A DNA stretch of 64,000 bases from Octopus sinensis (lineage: Eukaryota). The first letter of the stretch is position 1, and every line of letters begins with the position of its first letter. The notes under the pieces were generated by a model. It saw nothing but the letters and a program-made list of their open reading frames with translations, had not been told where the DNA came from and ran no database searches. The stretch covers positions 2,666,001-2,730,000 of the forward strand of contig NC_043018.1 of assembly GCF_006345805.1 (NCBI RefSeq), read 5' to 3'. The position numbers and the translations under genes are program-made. Shown in pieces: positions 10,570 to 26,149 of this stretch.

Positions 10570-12230
10570 ATGAGCTTATACGACAAAGGTTAACATACTT
10601 CTTGAATGGATACTGACGAAGTGCTAAGAAGTTTAACAAGTTACATCATATATATTATGCGTATGTATTTATCTTCAGAATCATAGATGTAAGTAAATGT
10701 AATCTAAAAATAACTAACATAAAAATTATAAGATAAAGTAAGAAGGTATAAAGAAACGATAAATATAAATGTATGTGAAATATAATATATATATATATAT
10801 ATATCTAATTATATATATATATATATATATTATATATATTATATATATAGGTAAAAGAAAACAAAATACTTAAATATGGAAGGATAGAAAAATTTTATCA
10901 TAAAATTAATGAAAGATAAGCTAGATAATAAAAATGTAATTAGTCGACCGTTATACATGAATCATTTTCATTGGGTGGTAACAGATAGAGTTCAGGAAAT
11001 ATATGGATGCTCAGCGTTCACATGAAATGATGTCATAATTAAAACCAAGTATAGACAAAAGTTTGAAATGCCTGAGCGTTAAGATATGTAACTTGGAAGT
11101 CTTAAATGTAAACTCGTAGTCGTCAATATATTAAGCGTATACATTTATATTTATGTATTTACACATTCTTGAACTATCACTAGCGTCCTTATGGGTTAAA
11201 AAAAAGACAATCTTTGCAGAGAACAGTTGCCGTTTAGAGAAACTGAAGAGATGCCTAGGTCACGCTACACATGAAACCAATGGGCTTTTTGTAAACTGGT
11301 ATGTTACTCCTACAAATATATGTACACACACACACACACCACATACACACACACACACCACCACACACACACCACACACATATATATATATATAATATTA
11401 TATATATATATATATATATACATACATACATACATACATACATACATACATACATACATACTACATACATACATACATATATACATACATACATACACTC
11501 ACACACAAAAAATATATTTATAACATTTATTTTCATTTGTTTATTTTCAGAAAGGCTAAGTTGTTAGAATTATTTTATAGGAAGTTTAATAATATCTAGA
11601 ATTGATCATTTAAGAGATCAAATAAAAAGAACGGTTGAACGATGGAGTGAAGAGAAAAAGAATAAAACAAAAAACATGAAAAAAATATAGTAGAATAAAA
11701 AGCAGCATACATTAGATATTTGATATAGTGTTGCATATTTTGTTTGTAATTAATAATTAGTGACTAAATAAATAATCAAAGAAGAGATTTCTTCATTAAA
11801 TGTTGGAACTGCGTATCATATATGAAGTCAGCGTAGTATTTGTATTTCTGATCGATATTTTGCTAAGGTAGATTAGAACTATTTAGTAGTTTAACTGAGT
11901 TTTGTTATATAAAGATGATCTAAGAAAGAGAAATTATATAATTTACTCTGTAAAAATAAGAAAGAAATGACACATATACTAGGAATTTATAGGTAGGGAA
12001 ATGTTATTTATATATTACGAAAGAAATGAAACAAAATGATTATTGGAATATAACCATTTATATTTATTTCATGCATGTCATAGAAATATGTATATTAAGG
12101 CAAGATATTACATATTTTATATTGTATAAAATTATAGCTATAATGATGGTTCTAAAATGTATCTAATAAATTCAGTCTTGTAAAAATATCATTCGTTAAT
12201 CAGGAATGTAACAATTAACTATGTTAATAA

Positions 12231-12460
12231 TTAATACTTAGGACTGTGTGTGAAAGCCGAGAATTGTTTAACTCTCTCATTTAATAATCGATTAATTGAG
12301 AAAAGGATATTATAGCACTCTGGTGTGCAGAGTTGGCAACTTCTATCTGGTGCTTGGTAAGGTTTTGCAGAATATATAATCTTCCATCGAATTTTAAAAC
12401 TGATATTACTCTCTATTAATTTTCCAGATTAATTTACTGAGACTGCTCCATTCACTTACC
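12231..12460 (-). mobile_element. Penelope-like element remnant, C-terminus of the GIY-YIG region
   Basis: Translation with one shift: SEWSSLSKLIWKINRE / ISFKIRWKIIYSAKPYQAPDRSCQLCTPECYNILFS..LLNERVKQFSAFTH. This resembles the PLE end motif LSK.IW.LK...W.I...AKPY....C.LC..E...I......LN.R.E..S.C.H. Confidence 0.75.
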
Positions 12461-12483
12461 ATATATGTATGTATATACGTATA

Positions 12484-12890
12484 TTCTTTTATTATTTTAC
12501 TTGTTACAGTCATTTGGCTGTGGCCATGCTGGAGCACCACGTTTAGTCGAACAAATAACCCCAGTACTTATTCTATCAGTCTCTTTTGCTGAACCGCTAG
12601 ATTACTAGGACTTCAATTCACCAGCAACGGTTTTCAAGCGATGGTGGGGGACAAACACAGACACAAATAATACACACACACACACTCACAAAATATGTAT
12701 ACGTACATATATTCATATATGACAGGCTTCTTTCAGTTTCTGTCTACCAAATCTACTTACAAATCTTTGGTCGGCCCAAGGATATAGTAGATAACACTTT
12801 CCCAAGGTTCCACGTACTGGGAGGGACCTGAACACGGAACCATGTGGTTGGGAAGCAAGCTTCTTACTACACACACCCACTCCTGCGCCC
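12484..12890 (-). mobile_element. SINE family A, near full length
   Basis: From the tail ...ttttacttgttacagtcatttggctgtggccatgctggagcacc to the head cactcctgcgccc. Confidence 0.9.
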
Positions 12891-12926
12891 CTCTATATTT
12901 ACATTTAAATATATATATATATATAT

Positions 12927-12964
<38 letters not shown>

Positions 12965-13696
12965 TTCCACGCATGGAAATTTATTCTCGTCCCCTTTGAG
13001 TGCTTCTGTTATTTTTGGGTGGATTGTCTTCTTAAATGTTAAAGCTTGATTATCAACGAGAAAGCAGCCTCGTTTCTAAAGGCGTTCCTACATTTAAGAC
13101 CCTTCCAGGTCATGTGCAGTACATCCGATTGATCCCCCTTGCAAACAGGTGTACAGTGAGATTTCCCTATTTTCATAAGATAGTGTGTGACTAGTGACTA
13201 GAACGATGACTTAAAGATGGTTAGTGTTATTGATTTTTGCATCCACTGACGTGTGTTATGAGCGGTTCCTTCAGTATATCGCCATAAACCGAGGGAAAGA
13301 TTTTGCCTCATGCATTTATTATATATATGACTATCGTTATTATATGCATTCTTTAATTCAACAGTTGGTCATATAAGTTTAGCTTTAATGCGAAACCTTA
13401 TTACGTCCCGGATTTAAAGCAATATATACATATTAACTCTGTATGAGATATTCAAGATAACACCATTTCTGTACTTTTGTTTTCACGTAGGAACTTTTCT
13501 GTATAACTCTGATGCATACATTTAATTTTCTTTTTCAGTATTTTGAGGGGGAAATATCTCGTCTCTTGAGGAACTGAGATGTGCAATGTGAAACAGATAT
13601 TTGTCACTCGCACAAATATATGTATATATATGCATACTCATTCACACACAGACACAAATGTATGTGGGTATGTGTAAATATATACATACATACATA

Positions 13697-13745
<49 letters not shown>

Positions 13746-13773
13746 TAGATATAATAGATAGATAGATAGATAA

Positions 13774-13864
<91 letters not shown>

Positions 13865-14746
13865 GATAGATAGATAGATAGAAAGATAGATATACTAATG
13901 CATTCGCATATATTTTCAGTCACTTCATATATTAATTTGCAAAGATATCCTATAAACATATTCGCACACACGCACTCGCAGATACAAACACACACTCACT
14001 CATACACATCCGCACATACACACACATATATTCGTATATGTAAATACTTATATGTGTGTGTGTGTGTGTACATGCATATCCACGCACTCAAACGTGCACA
14101 ATGCAGATTGCTTCATTCGGAGAAAACTACACTGCAATTGCGCAAAGGCTGTTAAAAAAAGCGAACTCTTTGCTGACATGTATAAATTCGTAGCAGGCCT
14201 ACCCACAACTCCTTTCCACCCCAACACTTTCAAAGAAGGAAAGGAAAAAAAAAAAATTAAATAAACAAAACTATAAGAGAGGATGTGAGTTGGATTTAAT
14301 AAATGAAAGAGAAATAAGCGATTGGATGGAGATAATTCGCTTCTCCGTATTTTTGTAAATGCATATGAAATCGCGGGTTCCTGATTCATGTAAAGAATAT
14401 CTTTTCCACGAATCTACATATACGTACTTACCATGTTAGGAAGAATATTCACCGCAACATCAATGAGTTAGAAAGATGATGGGGATGATGATGATGACGA
14501 CGATGATGATGATGTGAATGGTATATTTATATTTGTATTTGCTTTTGCATCTATGTGGGATAATATGCACATGTCTCTCTCTATATATGTGTGTGTGTGT
14601 GTGTATTCATATGTTATAATATATATACATACATATATACATACACACACACACACATATATATATATATATGTTCATATAAATATAAGTATACACTCAC
14701 AAAAACACACAGATATATTAACGATGATGATCATGAAGATATGATA

Positions 14747-14822
<76 letters not shown>

Positions 14823-14865
14823 AGTAGTAGTAGTAGTAGTAGTAGTAGTAAAAAAGAAAATAATG

Positions 14866-14922
<57 letters not shown>

Positions 14923-15320
14923 TACGATATAAATAAAGATGCCAGATAAATTGCAGAAAGACAAAAAAAAATGGGGAAAAAAATGCCCCCAAAAAATAAA
15001 GCAAAAACAAAAATAACAAAACCAACAACTTGCGATGATCAAAGAATGAATATTGATATCACAGTTCGATAGCTGAGATAATAAAATAGATGTTTCGTGT
15101 TGTTGTGAGTATTAGGAAACAGTAGAAATCAACATGCTGTTTATAACATCCTTTAAAACTCTCTTTTATCTAACAATAACGCTAACACTAAAACCGTTCC
15201 ACCAAACCAGCAGCAGCGCCATCTGCCCGACACACCAGCACGCTTATTTATTAATACTAATCCTCGTACTACTTAATAATTTCGCTTTCATTTTTTTTCT
15301 TCCTTCCTTCCTTCTTTCTA

Positions 15321-15351
<31 letters not shown>

Positions 15352-15770
15352 TTTCTTTTTCCTTCCTCTCTTTCTTATTTCTTTCTTTCTTTTGTTTCCT
15401 TCTCTTTTTCTTTCTTCCTTTTTTTCTATCGTGTTTTGTTTTTTCTTCATTTCGCTTTTTACATCTTCCGCCTTTCATTCATTTCATTCACGTCTTCATT
15501 CGTTGATTCTTTGATATCCGTATTTATGCCTTCATTCTTTCTTTCATTTATCTTTCCTTCTTCTTTTCCTTCGTTTCATTCAGTCTTTCTTTCTACCTTT
15601 TTCGTTTCTTTCCTTCTTTCTTTCTTTCTTTCTTTCTTTCTTCTGCATATCATTCAGCCGCGCGCTCTCTTTCTCTCTCTCGTTCTTTGTCTCTATCTGT
15701 ATTATCTATTATACACACACACACACACACACACATATAATAATATATTGGAGTGGGATATGTATGTATA

Positions 15771-15809
<39 letters not shown>

Positions 15810-15840
15810 AGTGCGTGTGTATATACATGTATCTATGTAT

Positions 15841-15898
<58 letters not shown>

Positions 15899-16968
15899 AG
15901 AGAGACATAGAGAGAGATATGGATGGATAGATGGATAGATAGAGAGACGAAACACAAATTGTGTACCTCTCCCCATCCCATCTACAATTTTTATCTACCT
16001 GTACACATTTCCATCTTTTTCCATATTTACTTACCTTGGTGCCACTTATCTCTGTATCGTTGTATTCCCCTACACCTCTTTCCACCTCTACATGTGCTTT
16101 GTCACGTGCCTAACTTACGAGGTTTCTGACAAATCCTTTTACGTTTCTAGCCATCATATCCTAATTTTCCGTTTGCCAAATCCTACCCCTTCTCTCTCTC
16201 TCCCTCTTTCAAGTCACTAATATTCTTTCCTTTCTCCCCTCTACGAAGCAAGCCACCATAAGGCTATTTCTTCCTGTTTTTCATACTACTCTTTCCTTTT
16301 ATATCTGACCGTTGGACCGGATAATCATCTCCTTTGGCTGTAGATTTCGTAAATTTTCTTTGCTTTCGTTTCTCTCCGACAAAGCAGAAAGAGACTTTAT
16401 CTTTCCCGTTTGCATTGCTTTTTTCTTTATTCTTAATTCTGTCGCTAAAACGAAAGATGTATGTAGGTCTGTTTCGTTTTGTATCTTTTCAAATTTTCCT
16501 CCCAACGCGTCTTTATTAAACATTCGGTCTACGAACCTCATTTTTTTCCCTCTTCTTGCTATTGTTAGTCTAATGCATCAGAACGTCGATACTCAATCAG
16601 AATATGCTGGTGACACTTCTCTATTGAACCATAACGTCGATATGTGCCTAAAATGTGTTTATATTTGGTTCAAAATTGATGAGAGAAGTTGTGACTATCA
16701 GTTCAAGATATTTCTTATTTTTATTGTCCCGCGGATTTCTTTGTCAATTTGTACATTGTTGTCGTTATACATATATTTACGTACAGCGTAGAAGTACATG
16801 TATTTGTAAATATAAATACACAAACACACATACACACCACACTCACACAACACATGTAAACAGAGAGACAGGTATATATTTAGCAGAAGCATCAAGGACC
16901 AAGTTTTTCTTGAGTTGACACAAAAGAATAAACATGCATACACACACACATATATATATTATATATAT

Positions 16969-16999
<31 letters not shown>

Positions 17000-17010
17000 A
17001 ATATATAAAT

Positions 17011-17092
<82 letters not shown>

Positions 17093-17286
17093 ATATATAT
17101 AAATAAATGAATGAAAGAATGGAGTCGAACGAAGATGTTAACAAAATTCCTTTACTCTCGATATATGTTTCGAAGACAGCATGTTTTTATTCCGAAGGAA
17201 TAAAAGTTACATTATTACCCAGGTTTCGGTTAAACGAATTTTCCATACTGACGATAAACATAAGGATAATTCATTCACCTACTTAA

Positions 17287-17318
<32 letters not shown>

Positions 17319-17502
17319 ATTTACAAATTTTGTATTTGGTTTGCAAGTTTCTTTATGTGAATTCGTGTGTTGAAGCATATTTTATCGTGTCCAGGGAGAA
17401 TCATTCTGTTTTAATCGCCTATTAATTACCACACCTACCGGTTCGTTTTCCACTCATTTCCTTATTTATTTTTTAAAGTTTCGTTGCTTCTTTCAACCTC
17501 TT

Positions 17503-17553
<51 letters not shown>

Positions 17554-17554
17554 T

Positions 17555-17599
<45 letters not shown>

Positions 17600-18411
17600 G
17601 TAGGTAGGTAGGTAGGTAGGTAGGTAGGTAGGTAGGTAGGTAGATAGACAGATAGATAGACAGATTGATAGATAGATACCTATTTCATATATTAGATAGT
17701 TTACGTGTGCCTAATGGAAATAAATGTTAAACCATTGAAGAAAAATGTCCTGTGATATTGGTTTGGTCTCTCTATGAATTTGCGTTCCACTATGTTAGAG
17801 GTCAGATTTTCCGGCCATATTTCTGACGTCCTTTCAAACAAGAATCTTATACAGGCATGAATGGAATACAGTTTCAATCCGGTCTTTGGTATCCGATTCA
17901 TAATTACGATAAGGATTACACAACGCAATAAATATTTCCTTTGTTATAGAGAAATATTAACATACACCTCAATGTACATGTGTGTATGAGTCTGTGTGTG
18001 TGTGCGAATATACAAATAGATGTGTATGTGTGCATGTGTGCGCATGTGCATGTGTGTGTATGTACATATATATATATATATTTATATGCCCACAGCTCTG
18101 CAACAAACGAAATTTTAATTAGTTGAGATAATTCTTAACGGAGGTAAATAAGGATGAAAGCAAGATCACACACGGAACAGCATTTCATTCATGTATTTAT
18201 AAATATTACTGTGATCCGAATCGCGCTTCCATTTCACATATTTTCGATGCACATTACAACATTCCATTCTGTTGCTGGTAAATATGTGTATCCTTGAAAT
18301 ATATATATATATATATTCAAGTGGAAAAAATTTACAGATTGTTTTCTCTTATGAGGTTTTTCACGCTAACTACTAGATAATTTCTAATGAAGATTTTTTC
18401 TATTTCAAAAT

Positions 18412-18479
<68 letters not shown>

Positions 18480-18499
18480 TTATATATAATATATATATA

Positions 18500-18660
18500 G
18501 GTGCAGGCGTCACTGTATGGAGAGATACCTTCATATCGACCACATGGTTCCGGGTTCAGTCTCACTGCGTGGCACCTTCGGCAAGTGCCTTCTATAGCTT
18601 CGGACCGACCAAAGCCTTGTGAGTAGAATTAGTAGACACAAAGTGAAACAAATCCATCGT
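18500..18660 (+). mobile_element. SINE family A, head and left body
   Basis: ggtgcaggcgtcactgtatgg...accacatggttccgggttcagtctcactgcgtggcacc...gaccaaagccttgtgagt. Confidence 0.8.
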
Positions 18661-18948
18661 GTGTGTATACACACACACACGTATCTATAATTATGGTCCT
18701 TCAGTCACTACAGGACTTGATAAATTCAATCGCCACTACTAATTTCAGACCACGACAGATAGAGAGGGTGCTTGAACTTTCGGAAATGGTAATTACATAT
18801 CACCTGACGAAACACAACTACAATGCTGGGAAACGATTGCATAATCAAGTACCTCTATGCTTGTTGAAATGCGTTGCGTCGAAACAATTGTAGTGATTGA
18901 AAATATATTTACAACCTTACTCCTTCTTGTGATTCCAATTTTATCGAT

Positions 18949-18983
<35 letters not shown>

Positions 18984-19299
18984 ATGTGTGTGTATGTACA
19001 TATGCGTGTATGTGTGTGTGCGTGTGTGTGCTTGTGTGTGTGTGTGTGTGTATGTGTGCGTATGTATATGTGCGTGCGTGTGTGTGTGTGTTTGTGCATG
19101 CGTATCCTTTCTGTTGAAGAGCGTTGGCTCGAAATGTAAAAGAGTTTCTCAGTTCCCGAGCGTTAAACTAATACATCTGTTTGTTTTTTTACACATCCGT
19201 CTTCGTCTTTGGTTTGTTTTTTTTCGTTTGTAAATTCCAACAATCGGTGTGTGTGTGTGTGTATGCCTGCGCATGCTTGTGTGTATAGATTTATGTGTG

Positions 19300-19505
19300 T
19301 GTAAGTTTGTGTCTTTGTCCCCAACCATCGCTTGACAACCAATCTAGGTGTGTTTACGTCCTCGCAACTTAGCGTTACGGCAAAAGCGTGAGAGAAAATA
19401 AGTACTACTCTTACAAAGAATAAGCTTTGGTGTCTATTTCTTCGACTAAAGTCGATGCTCTAGTATGGCCGCAGTTAAGTGACTGAAACAAGTTAAAAGA
19501 ATGAA
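19300..19505 (+). mobile_element. SINE family A, right body and tail
   Basis: tttgtccccaaccatcgcttgacaacc...aataagtact...cgactaaag...tatggccgcagttaagtgactgaaacaag. Confidence 0.8.
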
Positions 19506-19740
19506 AGAATAAAAGAAAATACGAGTAGAAACAACTCCGGCGAAAGAACCATTGATTCTCTATCTCTTTCAATATTTCGCCATCGATCAATGTGCCGATT
19601 GAGTACACCAATCAATAACGAACCTATAATGCCTACTGGGACCATTTGTAAGTCAAATTTGCTACAATAAAGAAATATGTGCATATGTAATGACAATTAT
19701 TTATGCCTTGTCACGTATGTATATATATATATAATATATA

Positions 19741-19787
<47 letters not shown>

Positions 19788-20259
19788 CGAGAGAGAGAGG
19801 GTGTGTGTGTATGTGTTCTGCAAATCGATGTAAAGAAAAATAATTGCCGTCAAACAAGCAGCATTGAGTCATTACATCCTGTATGGGTTGTGGCCAGAAA
19901 TCCTCTCTCAAATTGTAGTCCGTGTGGAATTACATGCTTCTACACATTTCATACACAAATACACTACTAAATATCATGATGTACTCCAAAATATTGGTGT
20001 CAAATTTTGGCAAAATACCATCAATTTCGGGGAGGCGGGGTTAAGTCAATCACATCAATCACGCTTTTCAACTGGCACTCGCAAAAGGGATGAAAGGCAA
20101 AGATGACCTCAGAGGAATTTGAACCGAGAAAGTAATGACTCACAAAATGCCATTACTTATATACTAGCGTCGGATTAGCAGAAATTCCTAGAATGTCGAA
20201 TGGGATCGTCCGCAGTATTTGTTCGGAGACACTGCATAACTGAGTTCAAAACTCGGCAA

Positions 20260-20700
20260 AATCAAATTCCCCCTCCAGACTTTTGAGGTAAAAAAAAAAA
20301 AATCTTTCCATCACGATGGCTTGTTGCGATAGGATGCCTTGCATTATTTGTTTCGGCTCCTTCCAATTTTCGCTTAAATTTACTGTCCTGATCTTCGGTC
20401 GTAAGTTCTATTTCATAATCCGGTTTAACATAAGAAGTAGCTGGCATTTCAGTTGCAATGAGTGCAAGTGTCACCTCTCTTGCTATCAATTCCAACAGGT
20501 CTCTGATCTGGGGAATAATTCCTCCACTCCCCTTGGACCCGGAAGCGCTGTAACGAGACGGGGACAATGATTTCCCTCCGGAATTTAAGATGAATTGAAA
20601 ACTGTCTTACAAAGCAAGCATGATCAGAACTGCCCAATTTTAGTCAGATCTCCATTCCAGATGTGATCCAGGTGAAAATAGCTATAGTTATGCTTCTTAA
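20260..20700 (-). mobile_element. Possible highly decayed non-LTR RT remnant (RLE class, unassigned)
   Basis: Weak motif similarity only: LNRIMK.NLRPKIR and FFFLPQKSGGG resemble the thumb-region ..LYLP.K.GG.G motif. Many stops. Confidence 0.3.
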
Positions 20701-21635
20701 TGACATGGGAAGAGTAACCATGCGGAGACTAAGCATGTTGTCTGAGCATTTGGAGTTGCAGCAAATATTTTGCGATAGTATGCGTTGGTGTTGATTGTTT
20801 GTTGAGCTTAGAGAATTAATAATTCACAACTTTTAGAATGTGAGGAAAATGTTAATTATAAAAATGCTTTTATGAGTTCTTGAAAAAAAAAACACTCCTT
20901 AGTTCTAATCTAATTTGGTCAGATAATGAAAACCGATAATTTGATTGCGGACGATGACAATGACGCTTCGAGACATCGTTTTAATTGAAAAGACCAAAGA
21001 AGGATAAAACAAATAAGAAATCAGGATATTAGCTGAAACAAGACAGAGAATGGAAATACAAATAGAACCAGCGAATATCATTTATATATTACTAATATTA
21101 CTACAATTACTATATAAATATAATCAGTTGATGAAGATGAGAAATACTTAATTTGTGATTCCAGAGAAAATAATTTTCACGGCAAAGTAAAACATATCTA
21201 ATTGGATACGAATGAGCATTGTATAAATTTCCCATGCTGGGAAACTGTAAGTGTGAAAAGTCTAGAAAGTTGACTGTTTCTTATGCATAGAGATATGACA
21301 ATGCGTTTTGCTAGCAGCCAGAGTGTTTCTCTCTCATGCATGAGATTGATTCCTGGACTGGGCACTGGGTTTTGTGCATAGAAAGGCATTTCGTTTTGCG
21401 ATGCTGCAGTCTCCTCGGCTGTATTGAATAGGAACCGAGGACAGAGCTGATCCTCCATTCAGGTTGTTTCATTGAGTCAAATTTGGAAATATCGCGAAGA
21501 ATTCTATGTCTGCTCGCTGCAACATAAGTCTCTCAAAGCAATTACCAAATGTATGGCAGATGCTATTAAATCTTCCTTGCTTACAACCACCGGCAACGAC
21601 CATGATCGGTATGACGTCAGTAGATTAATATCAAA

Positions 21636-21958
21636 TCACTGAGACCCCCTTCGGTAATGACCGTGGAATGACACCTAGAAAGTTACCTTCCCAGGAACAA
21701 GTCCAGGCAAGGTTGTTTATGGAAGACCAGCAGTCGTCCCCTCCCCATGCCTCCAGTATGATCCAAGGGAAAGGCAAAGGGGCCGATACAGCTTGGCACC
21801 TGTAAGGTTGTAACTCGTTTCTACAGCTTAGTGAACTGGAGCAAAGTGAAATAAAGTGTCTTGCTCAAGAAAACAACACGCAGCCCGGTCTGGGATTCGA
21901 ACTCACAAACTCACGATCGTAAGCTCGACGCTCTAACCACTGAGCCATGCGCCTTCAC
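21636..21958 (-). mobile_element. tRNA-derived SINE, family D
   Basis: Minus-strand head gtgaaggcgcaTGGCTCAGTGGttagagcgtcg...GTTCGAATCCcagacc with A and B boxes, followed by the cttgagcaagacac motif. Body is homologous to 31430-31730. Confidence 0.85.
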
Positions 21959-22709
21959 AAATATCAAGTGATACTGACATTATTATTAGTTATTTTATTG
22001 ATCACTGGTATTTGCTTGCAAGTCAATCGAGCTCAAATTTGTCTTCCATATCTTCCCGTTTGGAATTGCTGACACAATAAAATCAAGGGTGATGCAGTAG
22101 CGTCCTGGACTCGTACTTGCTCTCCTTTTTATCGATATGTACCACAACAAAGAGGTCTATGAGGAATGAAGAATGCAAGGTGACAAAAGAATCGAAATGC
22201 GTACACATAGAGATGCATATATATATATATATACATACATACATAAAAATGGCGGTGCCCCAGCATGGCCACAGCTTGTGAGCTGAAACTAGATAAATAA
22301 AAAATAAAAAAATAAATACATACATACATACATACATACATGCACTCGTACTTTCATATTTATACACACACACACAAACATATATAGTGTAAACAGAGTT
22401 AGCGGTTATAGTAACCGACTAAGGGATAAAATATCCGTGTGTCCTATCGGTATCTGTTACTCGTGTTACCTCCGGGCATTGGTGTGCAGATATACCATAC
22501 ACGTAGAGTGCAGGTAACAACTGGATAATCAAGAGTTCATCAGGAAACAAATTTAACAAGTTTATCAAGAAAACCACAGATTAACAAACACATCGTTTTG
22601 GATCATATTTATAGCATTTTTTTAATACAAGACATGACATATAAAATACATGACGTAACAAACCGATATGTTTGTTAATCTGAGATATTCTCCATTTTCT
22701 GATTATTTG

Positions 22710-22783
<74 letters not shown>

Positions 22784-23631
22784 TGTGTGTGTGTGTGTGT
22801 TGTGTGTGTGTGTGTGTGTGTAGTTTGTACGTATAAATATAAGCTTGCAAATTGTACCAACGTTCAATCAATTGCCTTGTAATGTCTGTTCCGGCACTTG
22901 TAATATCGTGCCAACTACGACTTATACCAATAAATGAACATATTACTCGCTCTCTGTTAAAAATAAAATAAAAAAACTCTCCATCAACCTCTGTGCCTGT
23001 ATTGAAGTAATTAACTCTAGGGAGACAGGACAGGAAGAATGACATACAAATATTACTGTAAGAGCAAAAAAAAAATACAACTAAGTTTCCATTATGTTAC
23101 TAAAGAAGTATCTACTCCGACATATAAGGTGTCTGAATTAAAAGGCAGCGTAATAGTCGTGCATGGAATGTCTTTGTTTATATGATCAGAGCTGTCTTCC
23201 TCCGATTAAATAACAATAAATAGTTAAAAGAGTTAATAATAATGATGTTGCTACATAATTAACCACTTCAGATAATTATAAAAAGCATAAGCGTCACTCG
23301 CAAGCGAAACTGAATTGATAACCTATATTATACCCGGACTGATTATAAGCCACATTAAAGACCAGGATGTGCAACTTCACAACATACACTGGATGTGAAA
23401 TAGTAGACTATTCCGCTGGTTTAACATTACATTTTAGAGAACATGAAATTTACTGATTAACGGCAGAATTTTATACCTGTGAAGGGTTATTGGATAAGCA
23501 GGTCCATCCTGATTAAAAGAGAAGAAAGAATATTGGACCTAAAGAAACCCATCGTGTAGTGGAGACATATACAAAGAAAATGCTTATGAGAAATCTATAA
23601 TATAAAAAATCCGAGGAAAAATTAAGACATC

Positions 23632-23669
<38 letters not shown>

Positions 23670-24322
23670 ATATTCACACACGTGTAGGTTATACAATGCC
23701 GAGAATATAGATTCTATATTGTGGTGCAAATATATATCGGAGGAACATTCAGTAATTACTTCTACCCGGAATATCTTTCAAAAGATGATATCTTTTCTCA
23801 ATTTTATGCAGTACTTTGGAATTAAATAATATGGAACAATGTAATGTATGCAAATTATTTTGCTCATCTGTCTGTTAATGTGTGTGTGTGTTGTGTGTGT
23901 GTTTTATATATATATATGTATGTGTGTGTGTGTGTATATGTCGGTATATATGTATGTGTCTGTGTGTATATGTTTATATACGTATATACTACATGGTATA
24001 TATATATATAATATATGTGTGTATATATATGCATATACTTATGTATATGTATGTACGTATGTATGCATGTATATGTGTGAGTGTGTGTGTGTTTGTAGGT
24101 GTGTAGGTATATAATTGTGTATGCATGTATATCTTTTTGATTTGTGCGTGCATATATGTATCCTTATTCTATACAGATGTATTTATATATGAATATAGAA
24201 ATGTGTGAGTTTATTTCTGATATACACACATACATACATACATACATACATACATACATACATAATACATACATACATACATATATTATATATATTATAT
24301 ATATTACATATTATTTATATAT

Positions 24323-24370
<48 letters not shown>

Positions 24371-24692
24371 TGTACGTTTATCTGTTGTGTGCGCGTATGT
24401 ATGGTTATGAGACTAACACGCTTATGTACGCAAGTCACTGAGCAGCGAATTATGGATATAAGGCAGGTACGCATGCGCTGTAAGTAGGAAAGACGTACAC
24501 GTAAACCAAAATACATAGGAAAGGTATCGGAGAATTGGAATAAGAAAGATTTATCTCCCCGTTTCCCTCTCCCATTCTGTATAAACATATATATATATAC
24601 GCATACCTATACATACATATATACGCACAAAGGCATATATGTGCATATAATGTATCTACACATATATATACTTATATATATATATAATATAC

Positions 24693-24740
<48 letters not shown>

Positions 24741-24865
24741 TATATATATTAATATATATCTATAATATATATAATATATATATGTATGTATATATATGTA
24801 ATATATATATATATATATGTATGTATATATATATATGTATATATTATCTATATATATAGATATTG

Positions 24866-24896
<31 letters not shown>

Positions 24897-25638
24897 GTAT
24901 ATATGTATATATATATATATAATATATGTATATATATGCATGTAGATATATGCGTTTATATATATATGTATATATATATATATGCATATATATATATATA
25001 TTCTTATATACATATACATGCGTGTGGTGTGTATAAATATATGTATGTATGTGTGTATGTCAAGTCAAAGCAGAGAATGAGGCGAGGAGGGAAAGTGAGA
25101 GATTAGTATGGAAGGAAGAGTAAGAATCTTTTGTTTAACTCAGTGTGAAAAATGCCATTAAACTAATGAAATTAGAGAAGAAATTTCTCGAAGATTTCGT
25201 TGCGAGATATTTTTGCTGTCCGTTTACCTACTCAAAACTATCTCCAAACTCCATCAAACCTAGCTTTTTGTCACATTACCTATTTACCTGTATTCCCACA
25301 TTATTACTCTCTCCCTCTCTCTCTCCTTTACTTCTTCCTGATTTACGGTCTCAATAATTTACTCTTTTATACACATTTTTTCATGTTGTTTCTTCCCAGA
25401 TCTTTTTAATCCTCTGCTGCCCCTCTTCCTTTCCGATTCTCTCTGTTCCTATGTCTGCTTTTCTCTCTGTCTTGTGTTCTCATTTGCTTCTTTCTCTCCA
25501 CTGCTCTCCAACTCTCTTTCGTTCTCTCATTTACTCTCTCCTCACCGATATCCCAATATATTTGTATTTATTTCTCTTGTGCATTATTTCTTTCTATCAC
25601 ATTCTCTCTACATCTATTCACCCTTGTCATTCTTTGCC

Positions 25639-25685
<47 letters not shown>

Positions 25686-25869
25686 GCTACCAGTCTCTTT
25701 CTCTTTCTGCGCCACAATTTATTGTTATAAGATGGTTGTTGTGGGGGTGATGGCGTTAATAGTGGTAAGCTCTTAGCTCCTAATGGATTCTTAGGAGTGC
25801 CGTCGTGTCACATAACGTGACTTAAGCTTTGAAACTCACCACCATATATATAGATAGACATGTACAAAC

Positions 25870-25905
<36 letters not shown>

Positions 25906-26149
25906 GTGCATACATAGCACAGCATATCATCAGATAAATGGATGAGAGCATTGTTGTAGAAAGCGCCAGAAAGACAGAGACAAGACAGAGTATCAAAGCA
26001 ATTTATCGCGGACCAAAACGCGATCCCTAACTGCTATTTTGAAGGAAATACATTTGCAATCCCGAAATAGGAAATAACTTCCTAATTCTTGGGACTCAGA
26101 TAAGCACCTCCCACAAGCACTTTCCCGAAATTATTGTCGGTGTTTAATT

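Noticed and set aside
16299-16791. Overlapping 159-aa (+) and 80-aa (-) ORFs
   Set aside because: Composition is driven by T/C-rich sequence, with no motif or splice support.
17150-17280. GAAAC-ATAT-ATC plus hairpin TTTTATTC-CTTCG-GAATAAAA on the minus strand
   Set aside because: No CUGANGA on the same strand and the cleavage triplet is mutated.
21890-21958. tRNA-like sequences with A and B boxes (also 27150-27222 and 59265-59335)
   Set aside because: They continue directly into multi-copy SINE bodies and lack a proper acceptor stem and terminator, so they are SINE heads rather than tRNA genes.
22430-22545. Minus-strand CCTGATGAACTC, possible HHR 5' half
   Set aside because: No matching GAAAC or stem III found downstream.
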